Positions 40,903 to 50,918 of a DNA stretch of 64,000 nucleotides are shown in pieces. The DNA comes from an uncultured Gammaproteobacteria bacterium (lineage in GTDB: Bacteria; Pseudomonadota; Gammaproteobacteria; Pseudomonadales; JAHEGP01). Positions within the stretch are counted from its first letter, which is position 1. Each line of letters opens with the position of its first letter. Both the position numbers and the translations under genes were made by a program. Location of the stretch: contig CAWEHR010000005.1 of assembly GCA_963808975.1 (NCBI GenBank), positions 2,007 through 66,006 of the forward strand, in the 5' to 3' direction. Below the pieces are notes generated by a model. The model was not told the origin of the DNA. It searched no databases and worked only from the letters and a program-made list of their open reading frames with translations.

Positions 40903-41460
40903 TAGCAGGGCCGGTATTGCTCGCCGCCGAGTTTCATCCGGTTTTCGCGCGCCAGCATTTGCAGTAACCGGTCGAGGGCGGCGACTACCTGCCGGTCGCC
41001 GGTCAGCTTGTAGGGACCGTGGCGCTGCACCTCCTGGATACCAAATGCCTTCACGTTGCCGGCGACCAGACCCGAGAAGGCACAGCGCAAATTTCCGGCC
41101 AGTTCGTGTTTCGGAAGCGAGGCACGCAATTCAAGTGCCGCCATGCCGGCGTGGTCCGGCACGAAGGGCGCCTGCAGTTCCGGCGCGATCTGCAAGGCCC
41201 AGTTGAAGTAGTAGGCCTGCCGAGAATCGCGTCGGCGGACCTGCACCCCGTCCGTGGCCTCGCGCACCCGGCAGTGTTCCCTCACCTCCTCCCCCAGGCA
41301 TTGGACCAGGAAGTGCTGCAGCTCTTCGAAGTAGGCGCGACAGGGTTCGGGGCCGGTAAGGACCAGCGGGATAGCCTCTTTGTTCTCGGGGTGCATGAGG
41401 ATGGCGAGCAGGTAGAGGATTTCCTCCACGGTGCCGACGCCCCCGGGGAATGCGCTTGAC
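40887..41460 (-). pseudogene. PpnN/YgdH-type LOG-family nucleotide nucleosidase, 5'-truncated
   Basis: Starts within FPGGVGTVEEILYLLAILMHPENK...PLVLTGP. Only the C-terminal roughly 190 aa are present, compared with a full-length family size of roughly 450 aa (from memory). Confidence 0.7.
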
Positions 41461-41690
41461 AAACACCAGAGCGGAAAGGGCCTGCTTGGATCGGCTACCA
41501 TAGGGCTGCTTTTTCTCTGGGGTATCGATCTCGGCCAGTCTGATTTTTTACCTGCCAGTTATCGACCGTGAGGAGAGTGACGGTATCGCCGTCAGTGATA
41601 CCGACGATCTTGCCGCCTGGTAGCCCAGACGCGTGGACATGAACGGCAATTAGCCATATCAGTGGGAACAGGGGTTGCTTAGCGAATCCA
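41460..41690 (-). pseudogene. Staphylococcal-nuclease-like (thermonuclease) remnant
   Basis: Manual translation gives LIWLIAVHVHASGLPGGKIVGITDGDTVTLL. After a 1-nt frameshift in an A-run (41541-41550) it continues VKIRLAEIDTPEKKQPYGSRSKQALSALVF. There is no start codon, and it is fused to the truncated ppnN. Confidence 0.45.
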
Positions 41691-41966
41691 ACTACACAAT
41701 GTGAAAAGAGCCGCTTGACGTGCTAATTTCTTAGGTCTGAGAAGAGGGTTAAGGACTCCGGTAGGACCTAGTCCCAAGGCATCTGTTTCAGCCATCCCTC
41801 GTGGCGGGACATTCAGTGGCCCGAATTCAGATCTGGGTCATGGGTTTAATAGCAGCGGATTTGATACGGCTCAAAACATTGGCTCGAGCAGCAAGTCGTC
41901 GAAAACTGCTTCCGTTTGCAGTCAATTGCCTTCAAAATTGCCCGTTTGCCGGGCGGTAACAGTCGT

Positions 41967-41990
41967 AAAGTGAGTAACATTGTGAGTAAC
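41967..41990 (+). promoter_or_regulatory. Direct repeats of GTGAGTAAC near the right island end (candidate integrase arm sites)
   Basis: AAAGTGAGTAACATTGTGAGTAAC. GTGAGTAAC also occurs inverted at 27344-27352, and ATTGTGAGTA at 27326-27335. Confidence 0.45.
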
Positions 41991-42042
41991 AAGGCGTGAT
42001 ATCGATAATGTATATTATAAAAAACATAGGGATGTGCAAATA

Positions 42043-42059
42043 ATGTTGCTGATGATCGA
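42043..42059 (+). repeat. Right copy of the 17-nt direct repeat (putative attR core), which is the trpG start
   Basis: ATGTTGCTGATGATCGA, identical to 27193-27209. Confidence 0.6.
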
Positions 42060-42621
42060 TAACTATGACTCGTTTACCTACAACGTGGTGCAATACCTGG
42101 GTGAGCTGGGTGCCGAGGTAGAAGTGCATCGCAATGACGAGATCAGCATTGATGACATACGCCGATTGCAGCCCGAGCGCATCGTCATTTCTCCGGGCCC
42201 CTGCACGCCCAACGAAGCGGGGATCTCAATGGCCGTTATCGAGGCCTTCGCCGGCGAACTTCCGCTGCTGGGCATCTGCCTTGGTCACCAGAGTATTGGC
42301 CAGGTGTTTGGCGGCAGGGTGGTGCGTGCCCGCAGGGTAATGCACGGTAAAACCTCAATGATTCATCACAGCGATAGCGGCGTCTTTGCCGGGCTTCCCC
42401 AGCCGTTTGAGGCCACCCGCTACCATTCCCTGGTGATCGAGCGAGAGTCATTGCCTGATTGCCTCGAAATTACCGCCTGGACCGAGACGCAGGATGGCGA
42501 CATTGATGAAATCATGGGCGTTCGCCACCGGGACCATAAAATAGAAGGGGTGCAATTTCACCCGGAGTCTATTCTCACGCGCTGTGGCCATGATTTGTTG
42601 GCCAATTTCCTCAAACTTTAA
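42043..42621 (+). CDS. trpG: Anthranilate synthase component II (glutamine amidotransferase)
   Basis: [19 protein letters not shown]...GICLGHQ...HPES. Start set at the ATG at 42043. The track ORF begins at an upstream GTG (42034). Confidence 0.93.
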   Translation: MLLMIDNYDSFTYNVVQYLGELGAEVEVHRNDEISIDDIRRLQPERIVISPGPCTPNEAGISMAVIEAFAGELPLLGICLGHQSIGQVFGGRVVRARRVMHGKTSMIHHSDSGVFAGLPQPFEATRYHSLVIERESLPDCLEITAWTETQDGDIDEIMGVRHRDHKIEGVQFHPESILTRCGHDLLANFLKL

Positions 42622-42632
42622 ACCTGGGGCAC

Positions 42633-43679
42633 ATGGAACCGATGACTATGCAAGAGGCGATAGCCCAACTGATCGAACATCGCGATCTCGATAGCGCCAG
42701 TATGACCAGCGTCATGCGTCAGATCATGACTGGCCGGGCTACTGCAGCCCAGATTGGTGGGTTTCTGGTGGCCTTGCGCATGAAGGGCGAAACCATCGAT
42801 GAAATCGCCGCGGCGGCGCAGGTCATGCGCGAGTTATCCACTGGGGTGGATGTCACTGGCGATCACCTGGTCGACATCGTTGGCACCGGTGGTGATTCCG
42901 CGGGCCTGTTTAACGTGTCTACGGGAGCCAGTTTTGTCGCCGCCGCGGCCGGTGCGCAGGTAGCCAAGCACGGCAACCGCTCCGTAACCTCAAGCTCGGG
43001 CAGCACCGATTTGCTGGAAGCGGCTGGGGTGGCGCTTGACCTGGGCCCACAGCAGATAGCGCGCTGTATCGAGGAGGTTGGCGTGGGTTATATGTTTGCC
43101 GTGCAGCACCACACGGCGATGAAACATGCGATCGGGCCGCGACGCGAGCTCTCAGTCCGCACACTGTTCAACCTGTTGGGGCCGTTAACGAATCCAGCGG
43201 GGGTAGCGAATATGCTGTTGGGTGTATTCAGCGAACAATGGCAACGACCCTTTGCCGAGGTGCTTAATAAACTGGGCGCTCGCCATGTGCTGGTGGTGCA
43301 TTCCAACGACGGCCTCGACGAAATTAGCATCGCGGCACCCACCCGTGTAGTAGAGTTGAATGGCGGTAAGATTAGTGAGTACAGCATCGCGCCCGAGGAC
43401 TTTGGCCTGGATCGGGCGCCTTTGGATAGCCTGGTCGTGGCAAATGCCGCCGATAGCCTGGCGCTGATAAAGCGGGCCTACAGTGGCGAAGCTGAAGCGG
43501 CGCGGAATATGCTGGCGCTGAATGCCGGCGCCGCGCTGTATGCGGCCGGCGTAAGCCGCGATATTGCAGAGGGTGTAAGCTTGGCAGATGACGTTATGTC
43601 GTCTGGACAGGCTTGGGAAAAGCTGCAGGAATTTGCCCGCTTTACTGAACTGCTCTCTGCAGCCAGCGGTGGCGGCTGA
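42633..43679 (+). CDS. trpD: Anthranilate phosphoribosyltransferase
   Basis: 348 aa. Contains [22 protein letters not shown] and KHGNRSVTS. Confidence 0.95.
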   Translation: MEPMTMQEAIAQLIEHRDLDSASMTSVMRQIMTGRATAAQIGGFLVALRMKGETIDEIAAAAQVMRELSTGVDVTGDHLVDIVGTGGDSAGLFNVSTGASFVAAAAGAQVAKHGNRSVTSSSGSTDLLEAAGVALDLGPQQIARCIEEVGVGYMFAVQHHTAMKHAIGPRRELSVRTLFNLLGPLTNPAGVANMLLGVFSEQWQRPFAEVLNKLGARHVLVVHSNDGLDEISIAAPTRVVELNGGKISEYSIAPEDFGLDRAPLDSLVVANAADSLALIKRAYSGEAEAARNMLALNAGAALYAAGVSRDIAEGVSLADDVMSSGQAWEKLQEFARFTELLSAASGGG

Positions 43680-43680
43680 T

Positions 43681-44505
43681 ATGAGCGCTCCCACCATCCT
43701 GAAAACGATCATCGCGCGCAAGTTCGAGGAGATTGATGAGCGCCAGGCTCGGGTGCCCATTGCCAGGCTGCGTGAGCGAATTGCTCAACAGCCTGCTTGC
43801 AGGGGGTTCGAGGCGGCGCTTCGGCGGCAGGTGCAGTCGGGTGATCCGGCGATTATTGCCGAAATCAAAAAGGCGTCGCCCAGCAAAGGTGTCATCCGGG
43901 AAGATTTTGATCCCGGCCTGCTGGCGCGTAGCTATGAGGCCGGGGGGGCTACCTGTCTGTCGGTGCTGACTGACATCGATTTCTTCCAGGGCGCCGACAG
44001 CTACCTGCAGCAGGCGCGCGCTGTTACGTCGTTGCCGGTCCTGCGCAAGGACTTTATGGTTGATGCCTACCAGATCTACGAAGCGCGGGCTCTCGGCGCA
44101 GATTGTGTACTGCTGATCGTGGCGGCGCTCGCGGCTTATCCCGGCAGGATGTCAGAGCTGGAACAATTGGCGCTGGAGCTGGGCATGGATGTATTGGTGG
44201 AGGTGCACACCGGTGCCGAGCTGGAACTGGCGCTGGCGCTGGAAACATCGCTGGTGGGAATAAACAATCGCGACCTGCACAGCTTTGCGACCTCGCTGGA
44301 TACCACGATAGAACTGTTACCGAGGGTGCCCGCCGACAGCCTGCTGGTGACGGAGAGCGGTATTCACAGTCGAGCAGATGTGGAGAAAATGCGGGCTGCG
44401 GGTGTCAATGCATTCCTGGTGGGTGAGGTGTTAATGCGAGCCCCGGACCCGGGGCTTGAATTGCGTCAGTTATTTTTTGAGGGTGAGAGTCAAGAGGGGC
44501 GGTAA
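43681..44505 (+). CDS. trpC: Indole-3-glycerol phosphate synthase
   Basis: [18 protein letters not shown]...[13 protein letters not shown]...LRKDF...INNRDL. The ATG lies 1 nt after the trpD stop. Confidence 0.93.
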   Translation: MSAPTILKTIIARKFEEIDERQARVPIARLRERIAQQPACRGFEAALRRQVQSGDPAIIAEIKKASPSKGVIREDFDPGLLARSYEAGGATCLSVLTDIDFFQGADSYLQQARAVTSLPVLRKDFMVDAYQIYEARALGADCVLLIVAALAAYPGRMSELEQLALELGMDVLVEVHTGAELELALALETSLVGINNRDLHSFATSLDTTIELLPRVPADSLLVTESGIHSRADVEKMRAAGVNAFLVGEVLMRAPDPGLELRQLFFEGESQEGR

Positions 44506-44512
44506 GGCGGTG

Positions 44513-45148
44513 TCAGCGGGTGCCGTAAACTACCATGGTCTTTCCCTTGACCGACACCAATGCCCGTTCTTCAAGGTTCTTCAGCACCCGGCCGACCATC
44601 TCGCGTGAACAGCCAACGATACGGCCGATCTCCTGGCGTGTGATTTTGATTTGCATGCCATCGGGGTGGGTCATGGCATCGGGTTCCTTGCTCAGGTCGA
44701 GCAGTGTGCGGGCAACGCGGCCGGTCACATCAAGAAAAGCCAGGTCTCCCACTTTACGGGTGGTTTTACGCAGGCGCGCGGCCATTTGCCGGCCCAGTGT
44801 CATATGTATCTGGGGAAAGCGCTGGGAGATCTCGGCGAAACGTGAGTAGCTGATTTCAGCAACTTCACAGCTACCCTTGGCGCGTACCCAGGCACTGCGA
44901 GAATCCTCGTTGTCGAACAGGCCCATCTCGCCAAAAAAATCGCCGTCGTTGAGATAGGCTACGATCATTTCTTTGCCATCGTCATCTTCAATGGCAACGG
45001 TTACCGAGCCCTTGATGATGTAGTACAGCGACTCGCAATTATCGCCGGCATAGATGATGGTGCTCTTGGCGGGATATTTGCGACGATGACAGTAACCCAG
45101 GAATTCATCCAGGTGCTCAATCTTGGGTGTCAGTTGTAAGGTAAGCAA
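44513..45148 (-). CDS. crp: cAMP receptor protein (Crp/Vfr)
   Basis: 211 aa, near-identical in long stretches to P. aeruginosa Vfr as I recall it ([26 protein letters not shown]...[22 protein letters not shown]). There is no in-frame ATG near the N-terminus. The apparent start is TTG, with GGAG upstream. Confidence 0.92.
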   Translation of the reverse strand: MLTLQLTPKIEHLDEFLGYCHRRKYPAKSTIIYAGDNCESLYYIIKGSVTVAIEDDDGKEMIVAYLNDGDFFGEMGLFDNEDSRSAWVRAKGSCEVAEISYSRFAEISQRFPQIHMTLGRQMAARLRKTTRKVGDLAFLDVTGRVARTLLDLSKEPDAMTHPDGMQIKITRQEIGRIVGCSREMVGRVLKNLEERALVSVKGKTMVVYGTR

Positions 45149-45404
45149 ACTCTCACTCCGTTTTTTTTTCGCGTGGCGTTGGGTATTTCCCAGTATGGTA
45201 CGTACTTTATAGAACTGCCAATTTCCCTCAGGTTTTAACGGGCCTTATTGTGACGTGGGTTAAGTTTTTGCGGGCTGGAGGCAGGGCTGGTCGTTATTGG
45301 GGCATTGGGTATAATGGCCGCCGCAAAGCCTAGCCTGTCTACAGGTATTGTGGCGACCAATCGCGATAGCTATCGTAAGTTGAATATTTCAGGAGAGTTT
45401 ACTG

Positions 45405-45836
45405 GTGAAGGCAACGGTAAAGTGGGTCGATGGCGCCATGTTTTTGGGCGAGTCCGGCAGCGGCCATACTGTGGTGATGGACGGCGCACCGGAGCACGGC
45501 GGTCGCAATGCCGGTATTCGTCCGATGGAGACGCTGTTGGTTGGAATGGGCGGCTGCGCGTCCTTCGACGTGATGAGCATCCTGCGCAAGTCGCGGCAGA
45601 AGGTGCAGCATTGCACCGCTGAGCTCAGTGCCGAGCGCGCAGCGGAAGCGCCGGCCGTGTTCACCAGCATACATATTCATTTCAAGGTGGTGGGAGATAG
45701 GCTCAAGGAAGCCCAGGTCAAGCGGGCGGTTGAGTTGTCTGCAGAAAAGTATTGCTCTGCATCCATCATGATGGCGCGTGCCGGTGCCGAGGTAAGCCAT
45801 AGCTACGAAGTGCTCGCCACCGAGCAGGCGGGTTAA
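45405..45836 (+). CDS. OsmC-family peroxiredoxin-like protein
   Basis: 143 aa with a GTG start. Contains [13 protein letters not shown] and EKYCSAS, the two conserved Cys contexts. Confidence 0.8.
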   Translation: MKATVKWVDGAMFLGESGSGHTVVMDGAPEHGGRNAGIRPMETLLVGMGGCASFDVMSILRKSRQKVQHCTAELSAERAAEAPAVFTSIHIHFKVVGDRLKEAQVKRAVELSAEKYCSASIMMARAGAEVSHSYEVLATEQAG

Positions 45837-46471
45837 ACCCGGTAAGTCGTCTCCGTCATGACCCGGGACAACAGCGTCATCGCGCGCTTGGCGCGGTCAT
45901 TGAACTGCACGCCCCCGGCCTCGATTGCCTGGGTCGCATGCTCCTCCTCATCGCGCAGCATCTGCTGGAGAATCGAGCGGCTCCTGGTATCGTCTCTGGG
46001 TAATTGCTCGAGGTGTGATTGCAGATGCTTGCATACCTGTTGCTCGGTAGCGGCGACAAAACCCAGGCTCCACTTGTCGCCGGCAATCCCGGCCAGGGCG
46101 CCGATCCCGAACGACAGGGCATAAAAGGCCGGGTTGAGTGCGCTGGGGCGGCTCTGGAGTTCACGCAATCGATCCTCGCACCAGGCGAGGTGGTCGATCT
46201 CTTCGTCGGCGGCTTTTGCCATGCTGTCCTTGATGTCTGGCCGACGGGCAGTGAGTGCCTGGCCCTGGTACAGAGCCTGGGCGCAGACCTCACCGGTGTG
46301 GTTGACGCGCATTAAGCCAGCCGCATGCTTTTTCTGGTCGGCATCGAGCTCACCCTCGTTGCCCTGTTGTGCAGGGTTGCTGCGCTGGGCCCGGGTACTG
46401 CCGGGGGACAGTGTTTTCAATGCGCGATCGAGACTGATGACTAACTTGTCGCCAAGGGATGCTGCCGCCAT
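45833..46471 (-). CDS. coq7: Demethoxyubiquinone hydroxylase Coq7
   Basis: 212 aa. Contains [29 protein letters not shown] and the di-iron motif DEEEH. Confidence 0.87.
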   Translation of the reverse strand: MAAASLGDKLVISLDRALKTLSPGSTRAQRSNPAQQGNEGELDADQKKHAAGLMRVNHTGEVCAQALYQGQALTARRPDIKDSMAKAADEEIDHLAWCEDRLRELQSRPSALNPAFYALSFGIGALAGIAGDKWSLGFVAATEQQVCKHLQSHLEQLPRDDTRSRSILQQMLRDEEEHATQAIEAGGVQFNDRAKRAMTLLSRVMTETTYRV

Positions 46472-46528
46472 TGTGATCTCCGATTCTGTTGCGGGTGTAT
46501 CTGCTACGCTCGCTTGCTGCTTCCAGGC

Positions 46529-47821
46529 TTATCTGTGCGACCGCTCCCGGGCTATCGCTCGGTAGCCGATATCATTGCGGTAATAGACATTATCCCAGTG
46601 AATTCGTTTAACCAGCTCGTAGGCTTTTTGTTGTGCTTCCTCTACGGAATTGCCCAACGCGGTGGCGCACAATACGCGCCCGCCGTTGGTCAGCACCTGG
46701 TCGTTCTCGATTCGCGTTCCGGCATGGAAAACCATGGCATCATCCGCCGACAGGGGTGGCAGCCCGGTAATGACCTGCCCTTTCTGGTAGCTGTCAGGGT
46801 AGCCACCCGCCGCCATTACCACGCCGACAGACGCGCGGGAATCCCATTCGGCTGTCGCCTGATCGAGCGCGCCGTCGATCGCCGCCTGGCACAGGCTCAC
46901 CAGGTCTGATCGCAGGCGCAGCATGATGGGCTGGGTCTCCGGGTCGCCGAAGCGGCAATTGTATTCCAGCACCCGGGCGTTACCGGCGCCGTCGATCATA
47001 AGGCCCGCATAGAGAAAACCGGTATAGGTGTTGCCCTCTGCAGCCATGCCCCGCACGGTGGGGAGGATGACTTCCTGCATGACCCGTTCGGCGATGGCGG
47101 GTGTTACAACCGGGGCGGGGGAGTAAGCGCCCATCCCCCCCGTGTTCGGACCCCGGTCACCGTCATCGCGCGCCTTGTGATCCTGGCTGGAGGCCATGGG
47201 TAGCACGTGCTCGCCGTCAACCATAACGATAAAACTCGCCTCCTCGCCCACCAGGAACTCCTCGATCACTACCCGGTGGCCGGCTTCGCCAAAGGCATTG
47301 CCGGCAAGCATGTCCTCGACCGCGGCATTGGCTTCGGCAATGGTTTGCGCCAGGATAACCCCCTTACCGGCAGCCAGGCCGTCCGCCTTGACTACGATCG
47401 GGGCACCCATTTGCCCGATGTATTCCAGTGCGGGGGGAATCTCGGTAAACGTTTGGTATGCGGCGCTGGGTATTGCATGTCGGGCCAGAAAATCCTTGGT
47501 GAACGCCTTGGAGCCCTCGAGCTGCGCTGCGCCCTGGCTGGGCCCAAAGCAGCGCAATTGGCGGGCGCGGAAAAAATCGACCACCCCGGCAACCAGCGGT
47601 GCCTCGGGGCCGACGATCGTCAGGCCGACGTCGTTGTCGCTGGCGAAATCCGCCAGCGCCTGGAAGTCCATGGCGTCGATGGCGACATTGCTTACCCCTG
47701 TGGTAAGTGCTGTGCCGGCATTGCCCGGAGCAACGAAAACCGTTGCGACATCGCCTGCTTGGGCCGCCTTCCAGGCGAGGGCATGTTCCCTGCCGCCGCT
47801 ACCGATTATCAATACATTCAT
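46529..47821 (-). CDS. purD: Phosphoribosylamine-glycine ligase
   Basis: MNVLIIGSGGREHALAWK. Start set at the ATG at 47821. Confidence 0.93.
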   Translation of the reverse strand: MNVLIIGSGGREHALAWKAAQAGDVATVFVAPGNAGTALTTGVSNVAIDAMDFQALADFASDNDVGLTIVGPEAPLVAGVVDFFRARQLRCFGPSQGAAQLEGSKAFTKDFLARHAIPSAAYQTFTEIPPALEYIGQMGAPIVVKADGLAAGKGVILAQTIAEANAAVEDMLAGNAFGEAGHRVVIEEFLVGEEASFIVMVDGEHVLPMASSQDHKARDDGDRGPNTGGMGAYSPAPVVTPAIAERVMQEVILPTVRGMAAEGNTYTGFLYAGLMIDGAGNARVLEYNCRFGDPETQPIMLRLRSDLVSLCQAAIDGALDQATAEWDSRASVGVVMAAGGYPDSYQKGQVITGLPPLSADDAMVFHAGTRIENDQVLTNGGRVLCATALGNSVEEAQQKAYELVKRIHWDNVYYRNDIGYRAIARERSHR

Positions 47822-47883
47822 GCCGTGGGTTCCTGTGAGCAAATTGATCCTTGAGTTACAACATCCGGGTGATCAGCAGCCTG

Positions 47884-49452
47884 TCAGTGGCGGAAATGGC
47901 GCATGCCGGTAAATACCATCGCCATCCCATGTTCGTCGGCCGCCGCAATCACCTCGTCATCACGCATCGACCCCCCAGGCTCAATGACCGCGCGAATGCC
48001 GACGCTGGCGGCGTTGTCGATGCCATCGCGAAAGGGAAAGAATGCGTCGGAGGCCATCACCGAACCCCTGACCTCAAGACCCGCGTGTTCCGCTTTGATG
48101 GCAGCGATCCGCGCCGAGTTGACCCTGCTCATCTGGCCGGCACCAACGCCGATGGTGCGCTGCTCACTGGCGTAGACAATGGCGTTGGACTTGACCATTT
48201 TGGCGACCTTCCAGGCGAACAACAGATCGCGGATCTCGGCCTCGGTCGGTGTTCGATCGGTGACCACTCTCAATTCGCTGGCGGTCACCATGCCAAGGTC
48301 CCTGTCCTGCACCAACAGGCCGCCGTTGACCCGCTTGTAATCCAGGGCAGGGCGTGGGGTCTTCCAGTTGCCGGAGCTGAGTACCCTGATATTTTGCTTC
48401 GCTGCGGTAACGGCGAGCGCATCCTGGTGCACGGATGGTGCGATGATTACCTCGACAAATTGCTGCGCAACTATCGCCTTGGCTGTGGCTGCATCAAGTT
48501 CGCGGTTAAAGGCAATGATGCCGCCGAAGGCCGATTCGGTATCGGTCCTGAAGGCCGCCTGGTAGGCCTGCTCGATATTCTCTGCCAGTGCTACACCGCA
48601 GGGGTTGGCATGTTTGACTATAACGCACGCCGGTTGCTGGAATTGCTTGACGCACTCCAGCGCGGCGTCAGTATCGGCAATGTTGTTGTAGGACAGTTCC
48701 TTGCCCTGTAGCTGGATTGCGCTGGCGATGCAGGCATCATGGAGGTCAGACTCGACGTAAAAGGCTGATTTCTGATGAGGGTTTTCGCCGTAGCGCATGT
48801 CCTGCTTCTTGCTGAATTGCAGGTTGATTGTCGCTGGCAAGCCGTTGCTGCCATTGGCACTGCGCTGCCCTAGATAATTGGCAATCGCACCGTCATACGC
48901 GGCGGTGTGCTCGAAGGCCTTTACCGCCAGCTCAAAGCGCAAGGCTGCATCGAGCTGGCAGGCGTTTCCCCGCAGTTGCTCGACGATGCCATCGTAATCT
49001 CCAGTGTTGACCACAATTGCGACATCGCGATGGTTCTTGGCCGCGGCTCTTACCATGGTGGGCCCGCCGATATCGATATTTTCTATGGCTGTCGCCAGCT
49101 CGCAGTTGGGGTCTGCCACGGTCTGCTCAAAGGGATACAGATTGACCACCACCATATCGATCGGGTTGATGCCATGTTGTGCCATCACTGCGTCGTCGGT
49201 GCCGCGGCGACCCAGGATCCCGCCGTGCACTTTGGGGTGAAGGGTTTTGACCCGCCCGTCCATCATTTCCTCGAATCCGGTGTAGTCGGAAACTTCCATC
49301 ACCGGGATACCCTTTGCCTGCAGCAGGCGAAAGGTACCCCCGGTTGACAGCAGCTCTATGCCGAGGTCGCTCAGGGCGCGGGAAAAATCAACGATGCCGG
49401 ATTTATTCGAGACGCTAATCAGCGCGCGACGGACGACGACGGAGTTGGACAT
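47884..49452 (-). CDS. purH: Bifunctional AICAR transformylase / IMP cyclohydrolase
   Basis: 522 aa. Contains [20 protein letters not shown] and FTGMRHFRH. Confidence 0.96.
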   Translation of the reverse strand: MSNSVVVRRALISVSNKSGIVDFSRALSDLGIELLSTGGTFRLLQAKGIPVMEVSDYTGFEEMMDGRVKTLHPKVHGGILGRRGTDDAVMAQHGINPIDMVVVNLYPFEQTVADPNCELATAIENIDIGGPTMVRAAAKNHRDVAIVVNTGDYDGIVEQLRGNACQLDAALRFELAVKAFEHTAAYDGAIANYLGQRSANGSNGLPATINLQFSKKQDMRYGENPHQKSAFYVESDLHDACIASAIQLQGKELSYNNIADTDAALECVKQFQQPACVIVKHANPCGVALAENIEQAYQAAFRTDTESAFGGIIAFNRELDAATAKAIVAQQFVEVIIAPSVHQDALAVTAAKQNIRVLSSGNWKTPRPALDYKRVNGGLLVQDRDLGMVTASELRVVTDRTPTEAEIRDLLFAWKVAKMVKSNAIVYASEQRTIGVGAGQMSRVNSARIAAIKAEHAGLEVRGSVMASDAFFPFRDGIDNAASVGIRAVIEPGGSMRDDEVIAAADEHGMAMVFTGMRHFRH

Positions 49453-49489
49453 GGGGTGTTTTCCTGGGTAGACATTGAATGATGAGTTG

Positions 49490-49810
49490 TCAGAGCAGAT
49501 CGTACTGTTTCAACTTCTTGCGCAGTGTTCCCCGATTGAGGCCAAGTATCGTCGAGGCGCGGGTCTGGTTGTTGCGGGTGTAACGCAGCACTGCCTCCAG
49601 CAGAGGCTGCTCGACCTCAGCCAGCACCATATTGTACAGGTCACTGGCCATCTGCCCATCGAGATGGGTGAAGTAATTGTCAAGGGCCGCTTCGATACTG
49701 TCTCGCAGAGTCTGGTTTTCCCCCACTTTCGACTGGCCGAAGTGTTCCTGCAGGTTTTCGACCTGGGCACCTTCGGTCAGACCAGCGCCACTGTCTTCGC
49801 CGTTGTTCAT
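49490..49810 (-). CDS. fis: DNA-binding protein Fis
   Basis: 106 aa. The C-terminus is [23 protein letters not shown]. Confidence 0.93.
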   Translation of the reverse strand: MNNGEDSGAGLTEGAQVENLQEHFGQSKVGENQTLRDSIEAALDNYFTHLDGQMASDLYNMVLAEVEQPLLEAVLRYTRNNQTRASTILGLNRGTLRKKLKQYDLL

Positions 49811-50790
49811 GCTGCAATGTCCCTCTGTAGCGTTGTTTCGGATAATTGCGCAATAGCATCAATTTGCGCAGCCGCGCACTCTAGCGTGTTGAAGTCCCGG
49901 CGCCAACCGGGAACACTCAGCCACTGCGCGTACCAGCCTATGTGCTTGCGCGCGATCCTTACTCCCTGCCCTGTGCCGTAAAAACGGTGCAGTGCCCGTA
50001 AATGCAGATTCATCATCGCTACGACCTCGGTGGCGCCGGGTGGAGCCAGCGCATCGCCGCTTTGCAGCAGCTGTGCGCTACGCGAAAAAATCCAGGGGTT
50101 ACCCTGGGCGGCGCGCCCGATCATCACGCCGGCAGCACCGGTATACTGCTGCACCCTGCGCGCTTGCTCGGGGGAGTCGATATCGCCATTGGCGATCACG
50201 GGGATCGACAGCGCATCCACTACCCTGGCGATAGTATCGTACTCGGCTTTACCGGCGAAGCGGCACTGGCGGGTGCGACCGTGAACAGTCAGCGCGCTCA
50301 CGCCACAGTCCTCGGCTATGGTGCCGATAACGGTAGCGTTCACCTGCTGCGGGTCCCACCCGGTGCGAATTTTAAGGGTCACCGGAACCTCGACCGCTGC
50401 CAGTACCGCGCGCAGGATAGCCTCAACCAGCGGCTCATCCCTGAGCAGCGCCGAACCGGCCGCACGGTTGAGAACCTTCTTCGCCGGGCAGCCCATATTG
50501 ATATCGATGATGTCCGCACCCTGCTCGACATTGAAGCGCGCCGCCGCGGCCATGGCCCGTGGATCAGCGCCGACGATCTGGACGACCCGGGGAGCGGTCT
50601 CGCCGGTATGATCAATGCGCTGCCGAGTTTTACGACTGTTGCGCTGGTCGGGGTTGCTGATGACCATTTCCGAGACGGCAAGCCCGGCTCCCATGCGGCG
50701 GCAGATCTTGCGAAAGGGCAGGTCGGTAACCCCCGCCATGGGCGCCAGGATCACGGGGGTCGATATTGTAAAGGGGCCGATAGCAAACAC
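49807..50790 (-). CDS. dusB: tRNA-dihydrouridine synthase B
   Basis: 327 aa. Contains [20 protein letters not shown] and an overlap with fis, giving the dusB-fis operon arrangement. Confidence 0.93.
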   Translation of the reverse strand: MFAIGPFTISTPVILAPMAGVTDLPFRKICRRMGAGLAVSEMVISNPDQRNSRKTRQRIDHTGETAPRVVQIVGADPRAMAAAARFNVEQGADIIDINMGCPAKKVLNRAAGSALLRDEPLVEAILRAVLAAVEVPVTLKIRTGWDPQQVNATVIGTIAEDCGVSALTVHGRTRQCRFAGKAEYDTIARVVDALSIPVIANGDIDSPEQARRVQQYTGAAGVMIGRAAQGNPWIFSRSAQLLQSGDALAPPGATEVVAMMNLHLRALHRFYGTGQGVRIARKHIGWYAQWLSVPGWRRDFNTLECAAAQIDAIAQLSETTLQRDIAA

Positions 50791-50918
50791 GATTTCCCCT
50801 GCAGGTGCTGGTCACGTAATTGGCGGGAAAAAAGGATGGTTATGATAGCGTTTGCCGGCGAAGCATTAAAGCGCTATCAGCCGAAAATGTTACCAAGAGG
50901 TAACCTAAGGCCAATGGC

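Larger units (their letters stand above)
27193..42059. mobile_element. Decayed integrase-associated genomic island inserted at the trpG 5' end
   Basis: 17-nt direct repeats at both ends, and a P4-type integrase remnant next to the left repeat. The 10-mer ATTGTGAGTA occurs near both ends. The interior is accessory or pseudogenised. Confidence 0.65.

Noticed and set aside
41700-41960. I searched both strands for a small AlpA/Xis-type excisionase near the right island end.
   Set aside because: Only 38-39-codon ORFs are present, without helix-turn-helix-like sequence or an RBS. Nothing is supportable.
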